A stretch of 64,000 nt of DNA from Escherichia coli (GTDB taxonomy: Bacteria; Pseudomonadota; Gammaproteobacteria; Enterobacterales; Enterobacteriaceae). The notes beneath the pieces were generated by a model that was given only the letters and a program-made list of their open reading frames with translations, had not been told where the DNA came from and made no database searches. Positions 34,966 through 45,768 of this stretch are shown here, piece after piece (within the stretch, counting starts at the first letter, position 1; each line of letters begins with the position of its first letter). Made by a program: the position numbers and the translations under genes. The stretch lies in the NCBI RefSeq assembly GCF_003334385.1, contig NZ_QOWN01000019.1. One strand, written 5' to 3'.

Positions 34966-35403
34966 ATGGACAACAAAATATCAACCTATTCACCGGCCTT
35001 TAGTATTGTGTCATGGATAGCTCTCGTTGGTGGTATCGTTACCTATCTGTTAGGGCTATGGAATGCAGAGATGCAGTTAAATGAAAAAGGATATTATTTT
35101 GCCGTACTGGTATTAGGACTGTTTTCTGCGGCGTCTTATCAAAAGACCGTTCGGGACAAGTATGAAGGCATACCGACCACTTCCATTTATTATATGACCT
35201 GCCTGACTGTCTTTATTATCTCTGTTGCATTACTGATGGTAGGTCTGTGGAATGCGACATTATTACTCAGCGAAAAAGGTTTTTATGGACTGGCTTTCTT
35301 CTTAAGCTTGTTTGGTGCAGTAGCGGTGCAGAAAAATATTCGTGATGCCGGAATAAACCCACCAAAAGAAACACAGGTTACCCAGGAAGAATACAGCGAA
35401 TAA
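34966..35403 (+). CDS. yiaA: YiaA/YiaB-family inner membrane protein (145 aa)
   Basis: ATG 34966; shares LGLWNAxxxLxEKG(Y/F) repeat with yiaB. Confidence 0.8.
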
Positions 35404-35410
35404 CTCACGT

Positions 35411-35444
35411 AAGCCCGGTCAGTCCAATGTGACCGGGCTTTTAC
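35411..35444. terminator. bidirectional rho-independent terminator between convergent yiaA and wecH
   Basis: Stem gcccggtca / tgaccgggc with 8-nt loop, followed by TTTT. Confidence 0.7.
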
Positions 35445-36440
35445 TTAACTCACTAATCTGTTTCTGTCGATTCGTTGTACCAGCATAGAAAGTAACAAAC
35501 TCGCTGCCAACGTCGCGCAAAAGATCCAAATAATATCCAGTATTGGCCAATTTTTAAGCTCAATTCCCCGGGTGCGCAGCGCATGGATAATCAAGGCGTG
35601 GAATCCGTATATACCCAATGAATGGCGGGAGATTAAGCCAAGTCCGCGAATGGTACGCGTATCCAGCGTGTTTTTAACCAGAGTCAATAGCGCGATTGCG
35701 CAGATAAAAACCATCGGCCCACAGTAAAGATACCAGGTATCGGCAAAATTTCCGCGCCACTGCAATTCATATAATGTCCCGCGAGAGATAATAAAAACCC
35801 CCGTCGCAAACAGCGCGGCGCTCACCCACGACAGTGCTTTATGCTGTGTGTCCATCATCCCTATAGCGCGGCCCAACATGCCATACAGAATGTAGTAAAA
35901 AGTATCGCCATTGATATATAAGTTAATTGGCAGCCATTCAAAACCGTCAATTTTCTGCGGCACTGTGTTTGGGTTAGCGATAATGCCAATCACCGCCATT
36001 AGCACCAGCAACATTTTTCCGCCGACGTTCTTCACCTGAATCAGCGGTGAAACCAGATAAATCACCGCAATCGCGAAGAAAAACCACAAGTGGTAAAACA
36101 CTGGCTTTTGCAGCAGGTTTTTCAGCGCTAACTCCATATTGATGGAGGTAAACAGCGCAATGTAGAGCAGTGCGATTGCGCTATAAAAAATCAGACATAA
36201 GCCGATACGCAAGAAATGGCGCGGCTGGGCGCTGCGTTCGCCAAAAAAGAGATAGCCGGAAATCATGAAAAATAGCGGCACGCTGACACGAGAGGCAGAA
36301 TTCAGAACATTGGCGATATCCCATGTGACGGGGCTAACACTATGAGCATTGGTCACATACCAGGTAGTGGTGTGAATCATCACCACCATTAAACACGCTA
36401 TCCCTCGCAGGTTATCAATCCAGTAAATTTTGGGCTGCAT
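35445..36440 (-). CDS. wecH: membrane O-acetyltransferase, acyltransferase-3 family (331 aa)
   Basis: Polytopic membrane protein; length/context. Confidence 0.88.
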
Positions 36441-36614
36441 CTGTGTCTCTGTATCTGGTTAAAAAAAGTCTGACCGATAAATCATTTGGTTGGCGCACTG
36501 GAATAATCTGAGTTTTATCACTACAGCTTATAGAGGCTTAAGGAAATTCGTAAGATATCAGCCACTATACCGATATAAATAATAAGACTCACCTGCAAAC
36601 CAGACGGTAATTTA

Positions 36615-36914
36615 ATGATGATGAACGCTTTCTTTCCGGCAATGGCGCTTATGGTGCTAGTGGGTTGTTCTATACCGTCACCCGTGCAGAAAGCACAACG
36701 GGTAAAGGTTGATCCTCTGCGTTCGTTGAATATGGAAGCGTTATGCAAGGATCAGGCGGCAAAACGTTATAACACCGGCGAGCAAAAAATCGACGTCACC
36801 GCCTTCGAACAGTTCCAGGGAAGCTATGAAATGCGCGGTTATACCTTCCGTAAAGAGCAGTTTGTCTGTTCTTTTGACGCGGATGGCCATTTTTTGCATC
36901 TTTCCATGCGTTAA
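36615..36914 (+). CDS. ysaB: small lipoprotein (99 aa)
   Basis: Signal peptide with lipobox LVGC; context upstream of glyQ. Confidence 0.8.
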   Translation: MMMNAFFPAMALMVLVGCSIPSPVQKAQRVKVDPLRSLNMEALCKDQAAKRYNTGEQKIDVTAFEQFQGSYEMRGYTFRKEQFVCSFDADGHFLHLSMR

Positions 36915-37008
36915 GCCCTGCTTTTTCCCGTTTCGTACTGTATATCTTCCATCCAGCGGGTATACTGATCCCTTCCTTTAAATCCACACGTATCCAGCAC
37001 GAAATAAT

Positions 37009-37920
37009 ATGCAAAAGTTTGATACCAGGACCTTCCAGGGCTTGATCCTGACCTTACAGGATTACTGGGCTCGCCAGGGCTGCACCATTGTTCAACCATT
37101 GGACATGGAAGTCGGCGCGGGAACCTCTCACCCAATGACCTGTCTGCGCGCGCTGGGGCCAGAACCGATGGCGGCTGCTTATGTTCAGCCTTCTCGTCGC
37201 CCGACCGATGGTCGCTACGGCGAAAACCCCAACCGTTTACAGCACTACTATCAGTTCCAGGTGGTCATTAAGCCATCGCCGGACAATATTCAGGAGCTGT
37301 ACCTCGGTTCTCTGAAAGAGCTGGGCATGGACCCGACTATTCACGACATCCGTTTCGTGGAAGATAACTGGGAAAACCCGACGCTGGGTGCCTGGGGACT
37401 GGGCTGGGAAGTGTGGCTGAACGGCATGGAAGTGACGCAGTTCACTTACTTCCAGCAGGTTGGTGGTCTGGAGTGTAAACCGGTTACCGGCGAGATCACC
37501 TACGGTCTGGAACGTCTGGCCATGTACATTCAGGGCGTAGACAGCGTTTACGACCTGGTCTGGAGCGACGGCCCGCTGGGTAAAACCACCTACGGCGACG
37601 TGTTCCATCAGAACGAAGTGGAGCAGTCCACTTACAACTTCGAATACGCGGATGTGGACTTCCTGTTCACCTGCTTCGAGCAGTACGAGAAAGAAGCGCA
37701 GCAGCTGCTGGCGCTGGAAAATCCGCTGCCGCTGCCAGCCTACGAGCGTATTCTGAAAGCCGCCCACAGCTTCAACCTGCTGGATGCGCGTAAAGCCATC
37801 TCCGTCACCGAGCGTCAGCGCTACATTCTGCGCATTCGCACCCTGACCAAAGCAGTGGCAGAAGCATACTACGCTTCCCGTGAAGCCCTCGGCTTCCCGA
37901 TGTGCAACAAAGATAAGTAA
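37009..37920 (+). CDS. glyQ: glycine--tRNA ligase alpha subunit (303 aa)
   Basis: Recognised sequence; 9 nt before glyS. Confidence 0.96.
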
Positions 37921-37929
37921 GAGGCGGCT

Positions 37930-39999
37930 ATGTCTGAGAAAACTTTTCTGGTGGAAATCGGCACTGAAGAGCTGCCACCAAAAGCACTGCGCAGCCTGGC
38001 TGAGTCCTTTGCTGCGAACTTTACTGCGGAGCTGGATAACGCTGGCCTCGCACACGGCACCGTTCAATGGTTTGCTGCTCCGCGTCGTCTGGCGCTGAAA
38101 GTAGCTAACTTGGCGGAAGCGCAACCGGATCGTGAAATCGAAAAACGCGGCCCGGCGATTGCCCAGGCGTTCGACGCTGAAGGCAAACCGAGCAAAGCGG
38201 CAGAAGGTTGGGCGCGTGGTTGCGGTATTACCGTTGACCAGGCTGAGCGTCTGACTACCGATAAAGGCGAATGGCTGCTGTATCGCGCCCATGTGAAGGG
38301 CGAAAGCACCGAAGCACTGCTGCCGAATATGGTTGCGACTTCTCTGGCGAAACTGCCGATCCCGAAACTGATGCGTTGGGGCGCAAGCGACGTGCACTTC
38401 GTGCGTCCGGTGCACACCGTGACCCTGCTGCTGGGCGACAAAGTCATTCCGGCAACCATTCTGGGCATTCAGTCCGATCGCGTGATTCGCGGCCACCGCT
38501 TTATGGGCGAGCCGGAATTCACCATCGATAACGCCGATCAGTATCCGGAAATTCTGCGTGAGCGTGGGAAAGTCATCGCCGATTACGAAGAACGTAAGGC
38601 GAAGATTAAAGCCGATGCCGAAGAAGCAGCGCGTAAGATTGGCGGTAACGCTGACTTAAGCGAAAGCCTGCTGGAAGAAGTGGCTTCGCTGGTGGAGTGG
38701 CCGGTCGTTCTGACCGCAAAATTCGAAGAGAAATTCCTCGCGGTGCCGGCTGAAGCGCTGGTTTACACCATGAAAGGTGACCAGAAATACTTCCCGGTGT
38801 ATGCGAACGACGGCAAACTGCTGCCGAACTTTATCTTCGTTGCCAACATCGAATCGAAAGATCCGCAGCAGATTATCTCCGGTAACGAGAAAGTCGTTCG
38901 TCCGCGTCTGGCGGATGCCGAGTTCTTCTTCAACACCGACCGTAAAAAACGTCTTGAAGATAACCTGCCGCGCCTGCAAACCGTGTTGTTCCAGCAACAG
39001 TTGGGGACGCTGCGCGACAAAACTGACCGCATCCAGGCGCTGGCTGGCTGGATTGCTGAACAGATTGGCGCTGACGTTAACCACGCTACCCGTGCGGGTC
39101 TGCTGTCTAAGTGCGACCTGATGACCAACATGGTCTTCGAGTTCACCGACACCCAGGGCGTTATGGGGATGCACTATGCGCGTCACGATGGCGAAGCGGA
39201 AGATGTCGCGGTGGCGCTGAATGAGCAGTATCAGCCGCGTTTTGCTGGTGATGACCTGCCGTCCAACCCAGTAGCTTGTGCGCTGGCGATTGCTGACAAG
39301 ATGGATACCCTGGCGGGTATCTTCGGTATCGGTCAGCATCCGAAAGGCGACAAAGACCCGTTTGCGCTGCGTCGTGCCGCGCTTGGCGTGCTGCGAATTA
39401 TCGTTGAGAAGAACCTCAACCTTGATCTGCAAACGCTGACCGAAGAAGCGGTGCGTCTGTATGGCGATAAGCTGACTAATGCCAACGTAGTTGATGATGT
39501 TATCGACTTTATGCTCGGTCGCTTCCGCGCCTGGTATCAGGACGAAGGTTATACCGTTGACACCATCCAGGCGGTACTGGCGCGTCGTCCGACTCGTCCG
39601 GCTGATTTCGATGCCCGTATGAAAGCGGTATCGCATTTCCGTACCCTGGATGCAGCTGCTGCACTGGCGGCGGCGAACAAACGTGTATCTAACATTCTGG
39701 CGAAATCTGACGAAGTGCTGAGCGACCGCGTGAATGCCTCTACCCTGAAAGAGCCGGAAGAAATTAAACTGGCGATGCAGGTTGTGGTGCTACGTGACAA
39801 GCTGGAGCCGTACTTTACGGAAGGTCGTTACCAGGATGCGCTGGTCGAACTGGCTGAGCTGCGTGAACCGGTTGATGCTTTCTTCGATAAAGTGATGGTC
39901 ATGGTTGATGACAAAGAATTGCGTATCAACCGTCTGACCATGCTGGAGAAACTGCGCGAACTGTTCCTGCGCGTTGCGGATATTTCGCTGTTGCAATAA
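37930..39999 (+). CDS. glyS: glycine--tRNA ligase beta subunit (689 aa)
   Basis: Recognised sequence and length. Confidence 0.96.
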   Translation: MSEKTFLVEIGTEELPPKALRSLAESFAANFTAELDNAGLAHGTVQWFAAPRRLALKVANLAEAQPDREIEKRGPAIAQAFDAEGKPSKAAEGWARGCGITVDQAERLTTDKGEWLLYRAHVKGESTEALLPNMVATSLAKLPIPKLMRWGASDVHFVRPVHTVTLLLGDKVIPATILGIQSDRVIRGHRFMGEPEFTIDNADQYPEILRERGKVIADYEERKAKIKADAEEAARKIGGNADLSESLLEEVASLVEWPVVLTAKFEEKFLAVPAEALVYTMKGDQKYFPVYANDGKLLPNFIFVANIESKDPQQIISGNEKVVRPRLADAEFFFNTDRKKRLEDNLPRLQTVLFQQQLGTLRDKTDRIQALAGWIAEQIGADVNHATRAGLLSKCDLMTNMVFEFTDTQGVMGMHYARHDGEAEDVAVALNEQYQPRFAGDDLPSNPVACALAIADKMDTLAGIFGIGQHPKGDKDPFALRRAALGVLRIIVEKNLNLDLQTLTEEAVRLYGDKLTNANVVDDVIDFMLGRFRAWYQDEGYTVDTIQAVLARRPTRPADFDARMKAVSHFRTLDAAAALAAANKRVSNILAKSDEVLSDRVNASTLKEPEEIKLAMQVVVLRDKLEPYFTEGRYQDALVELAELREPVDAFFDKVMVMVDDKELRINRLTMLEKLRELFLRVADISLLQ

Positions 40000-40016
40000 T
40001 AACGCCGTTATTAAAT

Positions 40017-40043
40017 AGCCTGCCATCTGGCAGGCTTTTTTTA
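40017..40043 (+). terminator. rho-independent terminator of glyQS
   Basis: agcctgcc atct ggcaggct followed by TTTTTTT. Confidence 0.8.
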
Positions 40044-40277
40044 TCGCTAAATAATACAGCAACCTTTAATAATCTTCTGCTGAATAAAGATTATCTCATA
40101 TATTAATTTTATGAGATTTTTTTAGGATTATATCAAGGAGAAGAAACAAACTTATTAAGCTAGAATAGCCACGGGTGCTTGAGACTGTTTGTCTCAGGTA
40201 TTCACCGAAAGGCAGACAGAGAAAAGCCCCACCTGACTATAAATCAAAGTTTGTACTGACCCCAAAAAGTTGGACAG

Positions 40278-41117
40278 TTAAACACGAGGCATATAGGTCT
40301 GATTCCGATATTCAATTGGAGTCAGACCTTTTAATTTCAGGCTAATTCTTCTGCTGTTGTAGTATTCAATATATTCCGTAACAGCATCCTTCAGTTCGCT
40401 TATATTACTGAACTCATCAAGATAAAAACACTCCGACTTTAAGGTTCCAAAGAAACACTCCACCACAGCATTATCCAGACAATTGCCTTTTCTGGACATG
40501 CTTTGTTTAATACCATGTTCTTTAAGGATATTTTGATATCTTCTCATACGATACTGCCATCCCTGGTCAGAGTGCAGAACAGGATGCTCGTGATTGAATG
40601 CCTGATCGAGCATATTCTCAACCATGTTCATCACTGGTCTTTCCGAAAGGCTGTAAGAAATAACTTCGTTGTTGAAGAGATCTATTACTGGAGACAAATA
40701 CAGCTTGCGCCCATTGACTGCAAATTCAGTAACATCGGTAACCCACTTCTCGTTTGGCCGCGTAGCCTTGAAATCTCTTTGGAGAACATTAGGGGCGGTT
40801 TGCCCTACCTCTCCTCTGTAAGAGCGGTATCGCTTGACCTTAATCGCTGCTTTAAGTGAGAGGGTTCCCATCAGGCGCTGAACAGCTTTATGGTTAATCT
40901 GTTTCCCTTCTCGATGAAGAGACAGCGTTACCCTACGGTATCCGTATCGGCCTCTATTCTCGTGATAAATCTCACTAATACGCTTTTTAACGTCCGCATA
41001 CTTGTCAGGCTTGCTGAGAGCCTTTAGATGATAATAAAACGTACTGCGCGGTATCTCCGCAGCCCTGAGAAGCTCATCAAGAGGATAAAACTGCCTTAGC
41101 TCGTTGAGTACTTTCAC
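40278..41117 (-). CDS. insK: IS150 transposase OrfB (DDE integrase domain); native start may lie a few codons upstream / be reached by -1 frameshift from OrfA
   Basis: Track ORF 279 aa; rve-type catalytic domain. Confidence 0.88.
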   Translation of the reverse strand: MKVLNELRQFYPLDELLRAAEIPRSTFYYHLKALSKPDKYADVKKRISEIYHENRGRYGYRRVTLSLHREGKQINHKAVQRLMGTLSLKAAIKVKRYRSYRGEVGQTAPNVLQRDFKATRPNEKWVTDVTEFAVNGRKLYLSPVIDLFNNEVISYSLSERPVMNMVENMLDQAFNHEHPVLHSDQGWQYRMRRYQNILKEHGIKQSMSRKGNCLDNAVVECFFGTLKSECFYLDEFSNISELKDAVTEYIEYYNSRRISLKLKGLTPIEYRNQTYMPRV

Positions 41118-41635
41118 TTTTTCGTGGGATGAGCTAAGGCTTTCAGCTTTTTTAGATACATAAGCCGCGTTTCAAGAAATCGAACTTGCCTTTCAAGATC
41201 CTCAATGCGTCGGTCTTTTGACAGCTCCAATGCTGATGCCGCTTTTTCTGGATCAACTGATATTGCAATGTTTCTTTTGGTGCCAATCTTGAGCGCGCGT
41301 AAACCAGCTTCTCCGCGCTCTTCATAGACCTTCAGCCACCTGGCTACAGAACCACTACCAGCAAGCATAAAGTGAGCAGCAGCCTGATTAAGGGACATGT
41401 GCTGCTCGATCACAGCTTTCACGACCTTAATACGCAACTCTGGATCAGCACTAACGCCTTTAGGTTTGGGAATTAAACCTTTTTCTCCATGTTTTTCATA
41501 GAGGGCAACCCATGTCCTGACCTGGGTTCGGGGGACACCAAAACGTGCCGAGATGATCCTGTAACCATCATCAGTTGTGAAGTAGTGATTCACGACTTCA
41601 AGGCGCTTTTCAAAAGGGTATTTTGGCTTTGACAT
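41114..41635 (-). CDS. insJ: IS150 transposase OrfA (HTH), 173 aa
   Basis: Track ORF; A-rich slippery-like stretch near its 3' end. Confidence 0.88.
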   Translation of the reverse strand: MSKPKYPFEKRLEVVNHYFTTDDGYRIISARFGVPRTQVRTWVALYEKHGEKGLIPKPKGVSADPELRIKVVKAVIEQHMSLNQAAAHFMLAGSGSVARWLKVYEERGEAGLRALKIGTKRNIAISVDPEKAASALELSKDRRIEDLERQVRFLETRLMYLKKLKALAHPTKK

Positions 41636-41714
41636 ATTAGGGGCTATTCCATTTCATCGTCCAACAAAATGGGTGCAGTACATACTCGTTGGAAATCAAC
41701 ACAGGAGGCTGGGA

Positions 41715-41867
41715 ATGCCGCAGAAATATAGATTACTTTCTTTAATAGTGATTTGTTTCACGCTTTTATTTTTCACCTGGATGATAAGAGATTCACTGTG
41801 TGAATTGCATATTAAACAGGAAAGTTATGAGCTGGCGGCGTTTTTAGCCTGCAAATTGAAAGAGTAA
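41715..41867 (+). CDS. hokA: Hok-family type I toxin (50 aa)
   Basis: MPQKYRLLSLIVICFTLLFFTWMIRDSLCELHIKQESYELAAFLACKLKE; SD AGGAGG 8 nt upstream; IS150 end lies 32 bp upstream of ATG. Confidence 0.85.
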   Translation: MPQKYRLLSLIVICFTLLFFTWMIRDSLCELHIKQESYELAAFLACKLKE

Positions 41868-42000
41868 GAGTCTTCGGCGGGAAATTATTCCCGCCTTACT
41901 TACGGCGTTGCGCATTCTCATTGCACCCAAATTTATTCTTCACAAAAATAATAATAGATTTTATTACGCGATCGATTATTTATTTCCTGAAAACAAATAA

Positions 42001-42030
42001 AAAAATCCCCGCCAAATGGCAGGGATCTTA
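42001..42030 (-). terminator. rho-independent terminator of cspA
   Basis: Minus-strand hairpin (atccctgcc/ggcggggat, one mismatch) followed by TTTTTT. Confidence 0.7.
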
Positions 42031-42053
42031 GATTCTGTGCTTTTAAGCAGAGA

Positions 42054-42266
42054 TTACAGGCTGGTTACGTTACCAGCTGCCGGGCCTTTAGCGCCGCTTT
42101 CGATGGTGAAGGACACTTTCTGACCTTCGTCCAGAGATTTGTAACCATCGTTCTGGATAGCAGAGAAGTGTACGAACACATCTTTAGAGCCATCGTCAGG
42201 AGTGATGAAGCCGAAGCCTTTGTCAGCGTTGAACCATTTTACGATACCAGTCATTTTACCGGACAT
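42054..42266 (-). CDS. cspA: major cold-shock protein CspA (70 aa)
   Basis: [21 protein letters not shown]... RNP1/RNP2 motifs. Confidence 0.97.
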
Positions 42267-42408
42267 AGTGTATTACCTTTAATAATTAAGTGTGCCTTTC
42301 GGCGATATGGCGTGCTTTACAGATTTTGAAGCGTTAAAGGAATGTGCACTACGAGGGGTATCAACGATAACTCTTGAAGGGACTTGCCTTACTACACTGC
42401 TTTAATGG

Positions 42409-42462
42409 TCTGTACGTCAAACCGTTGATGTGCATTAAGCCACGCATTGGCGGGTGATGCAA
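42409..42462 (-). promoter_or_regulatory. cspA promoter (-35 TTGCAT, 17-bp spacer, -10 CTTAAT) and cold-box at start of the long 5' UTR
   Basis: Minus-strand TTGCAT (42457-42462) and CTTAAT (42434-42439); cold box TGACGTACAGA (42409-42419); AT-rich UP-like region upstream. Confidence 0.8.
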
Positions 42463-42546
42463 CAATTATTTTTCATATTTATGATTAATCGGTTGGAAAA
42501 CGGTCCTGTCATCAGGACCGTAAACAGCAATAAAGTGGATAAAAGT

Positions 42547-42837
42547 CTATTCCATCAACTGCTTACTTAATGCCGGGTTGGCTTGAATCAAACGCATCAA
42601 TTTTAGTTCGGCACTTGAAGGCTTCACGCGTCTGGATTCCCATTCCTTTACCATGGCGACTGATACGCCCAAAACCCGGGCGAAATCATCGATTTTTAAT
42701 CCTGTCCCTTTTCGTAACTGCTCAATTTCGGTACAGGACGTTGTTCTGTGCGTCAGGGTAATTTTCTGCGTTTCATCTTTAAAAACAATCTGTTCCAGGC
42801 TGCTCAACAGCTCATGCATTGGATCTTTATATTCCAT
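42547..42837 (-). CDS. yiaG: XRE-family HTH protein (96 aa)
   Basis: Track ORF; C-terminal HTH_XRE (DFARVLGVSVAMVKEWE). Confidence 0.85.
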   Translation of the reverse strand: MEYKDPMHELLSSLEQIVFKDETQKITLTHRTTSCTEIEQLRKGTGLKIDDFARVLGVSVAMVKEWESRRVKPSSAELKLMRLIQANPALSKQLME

Positions 42838-43270
42838 TGAAAACTCCTCAAATCACACTGCGGGATCGTGAATTGCATCGAAGCTCATTAAGAATAGTCG
42901 GGAAAAGCAGACACAGCGGGGTGAAGTCAGGGCATGCTCTGGCTATGATTCGATTCAGCCTGTCATTTAGCGTGACTTATAGCCACCTAACGATCTGATA
43001 AATGCCGATATATCTCTTACCACTCCTGTTTTGTAAAGATTTCGAAAATCTAACCTTCTGCGAAGGCGTAAATCTCTGGCTACAAAAAAGGCAACGGCAC
43101 TATCATTTTTTAACAATGAAACAACAAATTAACCTTGTTTCATTTTCTCCATGATTTTACCAGGAAGATTACGTAGAAAGGGTATCCTGCAAGCCTGTCC
43201 TGGACTATCCTTGTCACGTCAGACACGCGTGTGTCGTTGTGCGCTTTTTTTGGGTGAAAGGAGTAAGAAA

Positions 43271-43981
43271 ATGGCGACAGGAAAGTCCTGCTCTCGCTGG
43301 TTTGCGCCTCTTGCGGCGTTATTAATGGTAGTTAGCCTGAGTGGGTGTTTTGATAAAGAAGGCGATCAGCGTAAAGCGTTTATCGACTTCCTGCAGAATA
43401 CAGTGATGCGTAGCGGTGAACGTCTACCAACCCTGACTGCCGATCAGAAAAAACAGTTTGGTCCTTTTGTCTCTGATTACGCGATTCTGTATGGTTATTC
43501 TCAGCAGGTGAATCAGGCGATGGATTCCGGTCTGCGCCCGGTTGTAGACAGCGTTAACGCAATTCGCGTACCGCAGGATTACGTTACGCAAAGCGGTCCG
43601 CTGCGTGAAATGAACGGTTCGCTGGGTGTGCTGGCGCAACAACTGCAAAATGCGAAGTTGCAGGCCGATGCTGCGCACTCTGCGCTAAAACAGAGCGATG
43701 ATTTGAAACCGGTCTTTGATCAGGCATTCACCAAAGTGGTAACGACGCCAGCTGATGCATTGCAACCGTTGATTCCGGCGGCACAAACTTTCACGCAACA
43801 ACTGGTGATGGTTGGAGACTACATTGCTCAGCAAGGTACTCAGGTGAGCTTTGTCGCAAATGGCATCCAGTTCCCGACTTCACAGCAGGCAAGTGAATAT
43901 AACAAACTGATTGCGCCATTACCGGCACAGCATCAGGCGTTTAATCAGGCCTGGACTACAGCAGTTACTGCAACCCAATAA
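43271..43981 (+). CDS. yiaF: DUF3053 lipoprotein (236 aa)
   Basis: Native start MATGKSCSRWFAPLAALLMVVSLSGC (lipobox); track ORF over-extended. Confidence 0.85.
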   Translation: MATGKSCSRWFAPLAALLMVVSLSGCFDKEGDQRKAFIDFLQNTVMRSGERLPTLTADQKKQFGPFVSDYAILYGYSQQVNQAMDSGLRPVVDSVNAIRVPQDYVTQSGPLREMNGSLGVLAQQLQNAKLQADAAHSALKQSDDLKPVFDQAFTKVVTTPADALQPLIPAAQTFTQQLVMVGDYIAQQGTQVSFVANGIQFPTSQQASEYNKLIAPLPAQHQAFNQAWTTAVTATQ

Positions 43982-43986
43982 AGAGT

Positions 43987-44013
43987 AAAAGCCCGAGCGA
44001 TTATCGGGCTTTA
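43987..44013. terminator. hairpin terminator between convergent yiaF and ghrB
   Basis: aaagcccga gcgattat cgggcttt; T-run on minus strand side. Confidence 0.6.
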
Positions 44014-44030
44014 CTCTACGCAGTCGCGGC

Positions 44031-45005
44031 TTAGTCCGCGACGTGCGGATTCACACAGTTCTTCTCAACCTTTCCTTGTAACGCATCAATCAAATTATCC
44101 ACGGCACAGGCGGCCATGCCATAACGCGTCTCATGGGTGGCAGATCCAATATGCGGTACTGCGACGACGTTGGCCATTGAGAGCAACGGCGAATCTACGG
44201 ACAGTGGCTCTTGTTCGAAGACATCCAGCCCGGCAGCGTGAATTTCGCCTTTCTGCAATGCTGCGATCAGTGCATTTTCGTCAACCACCGGGCCACGTCC
44301 GGCATTAATGAAAATGGCGGAGGATTTCATTTTGGCGAATTGTTCTGCGCCAAACAGATGATGCGTCTCATCAGTTAACGGCAGGATCAGGCAAACGAAA
44401 TCTGACTCTTGTAACAGAGTATCCAAATCGCAGTAGCGGGCGTTGAAGCGTTCTTCTGCTTCTTTATGGTGGCGGCGCGCGTTATAGAGGATGGGCATGT
44501 TGAAGCCAAAGTGCGCACGTTGTGCCAGCGCCATGCCGATCCGTCCCATCCCGACAATGCCCAGTGTTTTATGGTGAACGTCAGTGCCGTACCAGTCCGG
44601 GCCTATGCTCGCGGTCCATTCGCCTGCTTTTACCCGTTCTGCTACCTCCACAACCCGACGAGCGGTAGACAACACCAGCGCCATCAGCGTATCGGCGACG
44701 GTTTCTGTTAATACGGTTGGCGTGTGCATCAGCAGAATTTTTCGGGCGGTAAGCGCATCGACATCAAAATTGTCATAGCCGACGGAGATCGTTGATGTGG
44801 CACGCAGTTTCGGCATTTTTTCCAGCAATGCGGCATTTACATTCTCGTTTGAACCCAGTAAACCTTCAGCTTCGGCAAAAATTGCTGCATTTTGTTCGAC
44901 GGTTTGTGGGCTGAGGTTTGCCACCTGGTGAACGGTGAAATGCTCTTGCAGGCGTTGCAGTAAATCATCAGGTAAGGCTTTGTAGAGGATAACGGACGGC
45001 TTCAT
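44031..45005 (-). CDS. ghrB: glyoxylate/hydroxypyruvate reductase B (324 aa)
   Basis: D-2-hydroxyacid dehydrogenase NAD-binding motif GIVGMGRIG; native start MKPSVILYK. Confidence 0.92.
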   Translation of the reverse strand: MKPSVILYKALPDDLLQRLQEHFTVHQVANLSPQTVEQNAAIFAEAEGLLGSNENVNAALLEKMPKLRATSTISVGYDNFDVDALTARKILLMHTPTVLTETVADTLMALVLSTARRVVEVAERVKAGEWTASIGPDWYGTDVHHKTLGIVGMGRIGMALAQRAHFGFNMPILYNARRHHKEAEERFNARYCDLDTLLQESDFVCLILPLTDETHHLFGAEQFAKMKSSAIFINAGRGPVVDENALIAALQKGEIHAAGLDVFEQEPLSVDSPLLSMANVVAVPHIGSATHETRYGMAACAVDNLIDALQGKVEKNCVNPHVAD

Positions 45006-45070
45006 GCTTCTCTCCATTCACTGATAAGGCGATCACCTTAGCCTGAAATATGATGAAGGAAAACTGAAGA

Positions 45071-45100
45071 ATGCCAGGTGATTTCTGCATCACCTGGCAT
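45071..45100 (-). terminator. perfect 12-bp hairpin downstream of yiaD
   Basis: atgccaggtgat ttctgc atcacctggcat. Confidence 0.5.
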
Positions 45101-45108
45101 GAAAGGGA

Positions 45109-45768
45109 TTACAGCGGGCTTAAGGTAATTTCTACACGGCGGTTTTGCGCCTTACCTTCTGCGGTGCTGTTGCTGGCGATTGGGTTAGCCGGGCCAAGGC
45201 CCTGAGTACGGATGCGGCTGGCGTCCACGCCCTGGGTGATCAACGCGCTGGCAACGGAATCCGCACGTTGCTGGGAGAGACGCATGTTCAGGTCGTGACC
45301 ACCCGTGCTGTCGGTATAACCAATCACGTTAACCGCCGTTTTCGGATACTCTTTCAGTACCATTGCCACGCCGGTCAGGGTGTTAGCGCCCGCCGGTTTC
45401 AGGGTCGCGCTGCTGCTGTCGAAGGTCACATTGTTCGGCATATTGAGGATAATGTTATCCCCGCTGCGGGTTACGCTAACACCAGTGCCGCGCATTTTGT
45501 CGCGCAGCTTCGCTTCCTGCACATCCATGTAATAACCAACGCCGCCGCCCAGAGCTGCGCCTGCTGCTGCGCCAATCAGCGCGCCTTTACCGCGATCTTT
45601 CTTCGAAGAAGAGAGCGCACCAATACCCGCGCCCACGAGAGAGCCCAGACCTGCGCCGATAGCAGATTTACCTGCTTCGCGTTCGCCGGTGTAAGGGTTA
45701 GTTGTGCAGCCAGATACCGCCAGAGCACCACTCACTACGGCGGCAATAAGATAAACACGTTTCTTCAT
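45109..45768 (-). CDS. yiaD: OmpA-domain outer-membrane lipoprotein (219 aa)
   Basis: Lipobox (VSGC), glycine-zipper region, C-terminal OmpA-like peptidoglycan-binding domain. Confidence 0.88.
   Translation of the reverse strand: MKKRVYLIAAVVSGALAVSGCTTNPYTGEREAGKSAIGAGLGSLVGAGIGALSSSKKDRGKGALIGAAAGAALGGGVGYYMDVQEAKLRDKMRGTGVSVTRSGDNIILNMPNNVTFDSSSATLKPAGANTLTGVAMVLKEYPKTAVNVIGYTDSTGGHDLNMRLSQQRADSVASALITQGVDASRIRTQGLGPANPIASNSTAEGKAQNRRVEITLSPL

Larger units (their letters stand above)
40252..41682 (-). mobile_element. IS150 (IS3 family) insertion sequence, about 1.43 kb, inverted relative to window
   Basis: Imperfect terminal inverted repeats TGTACTGACCCCAAAAAGTTGGAC (40252-) and GTCCAACAAAATGGGTGCAGTACA (-41682); encloses orfA/orfB overlapping by ATGA. 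Confidence 0.9.

Noticed and set aside
37237-38496. 419-codon minus-strand ORF antisense to glyQ/glyS (also 38656..39636, 326 codons)
   Set aside because: Lies entirely antisense to strongly recognisable essential genes; arginine/glycine-rich low-complexity translation typical of GC-rich antisense frames.
41100-41125. Programmed -1 frameshift site between IS150 orfA and orfB
   Set aside because: An A-rich stretch (gaaaaag on the minus strand) is present at the orfA/orfB overlap as expected for IS3-family elements, but I could not confirm a canonical A-AAA-AAG heptamer, so it is not called as a feature.
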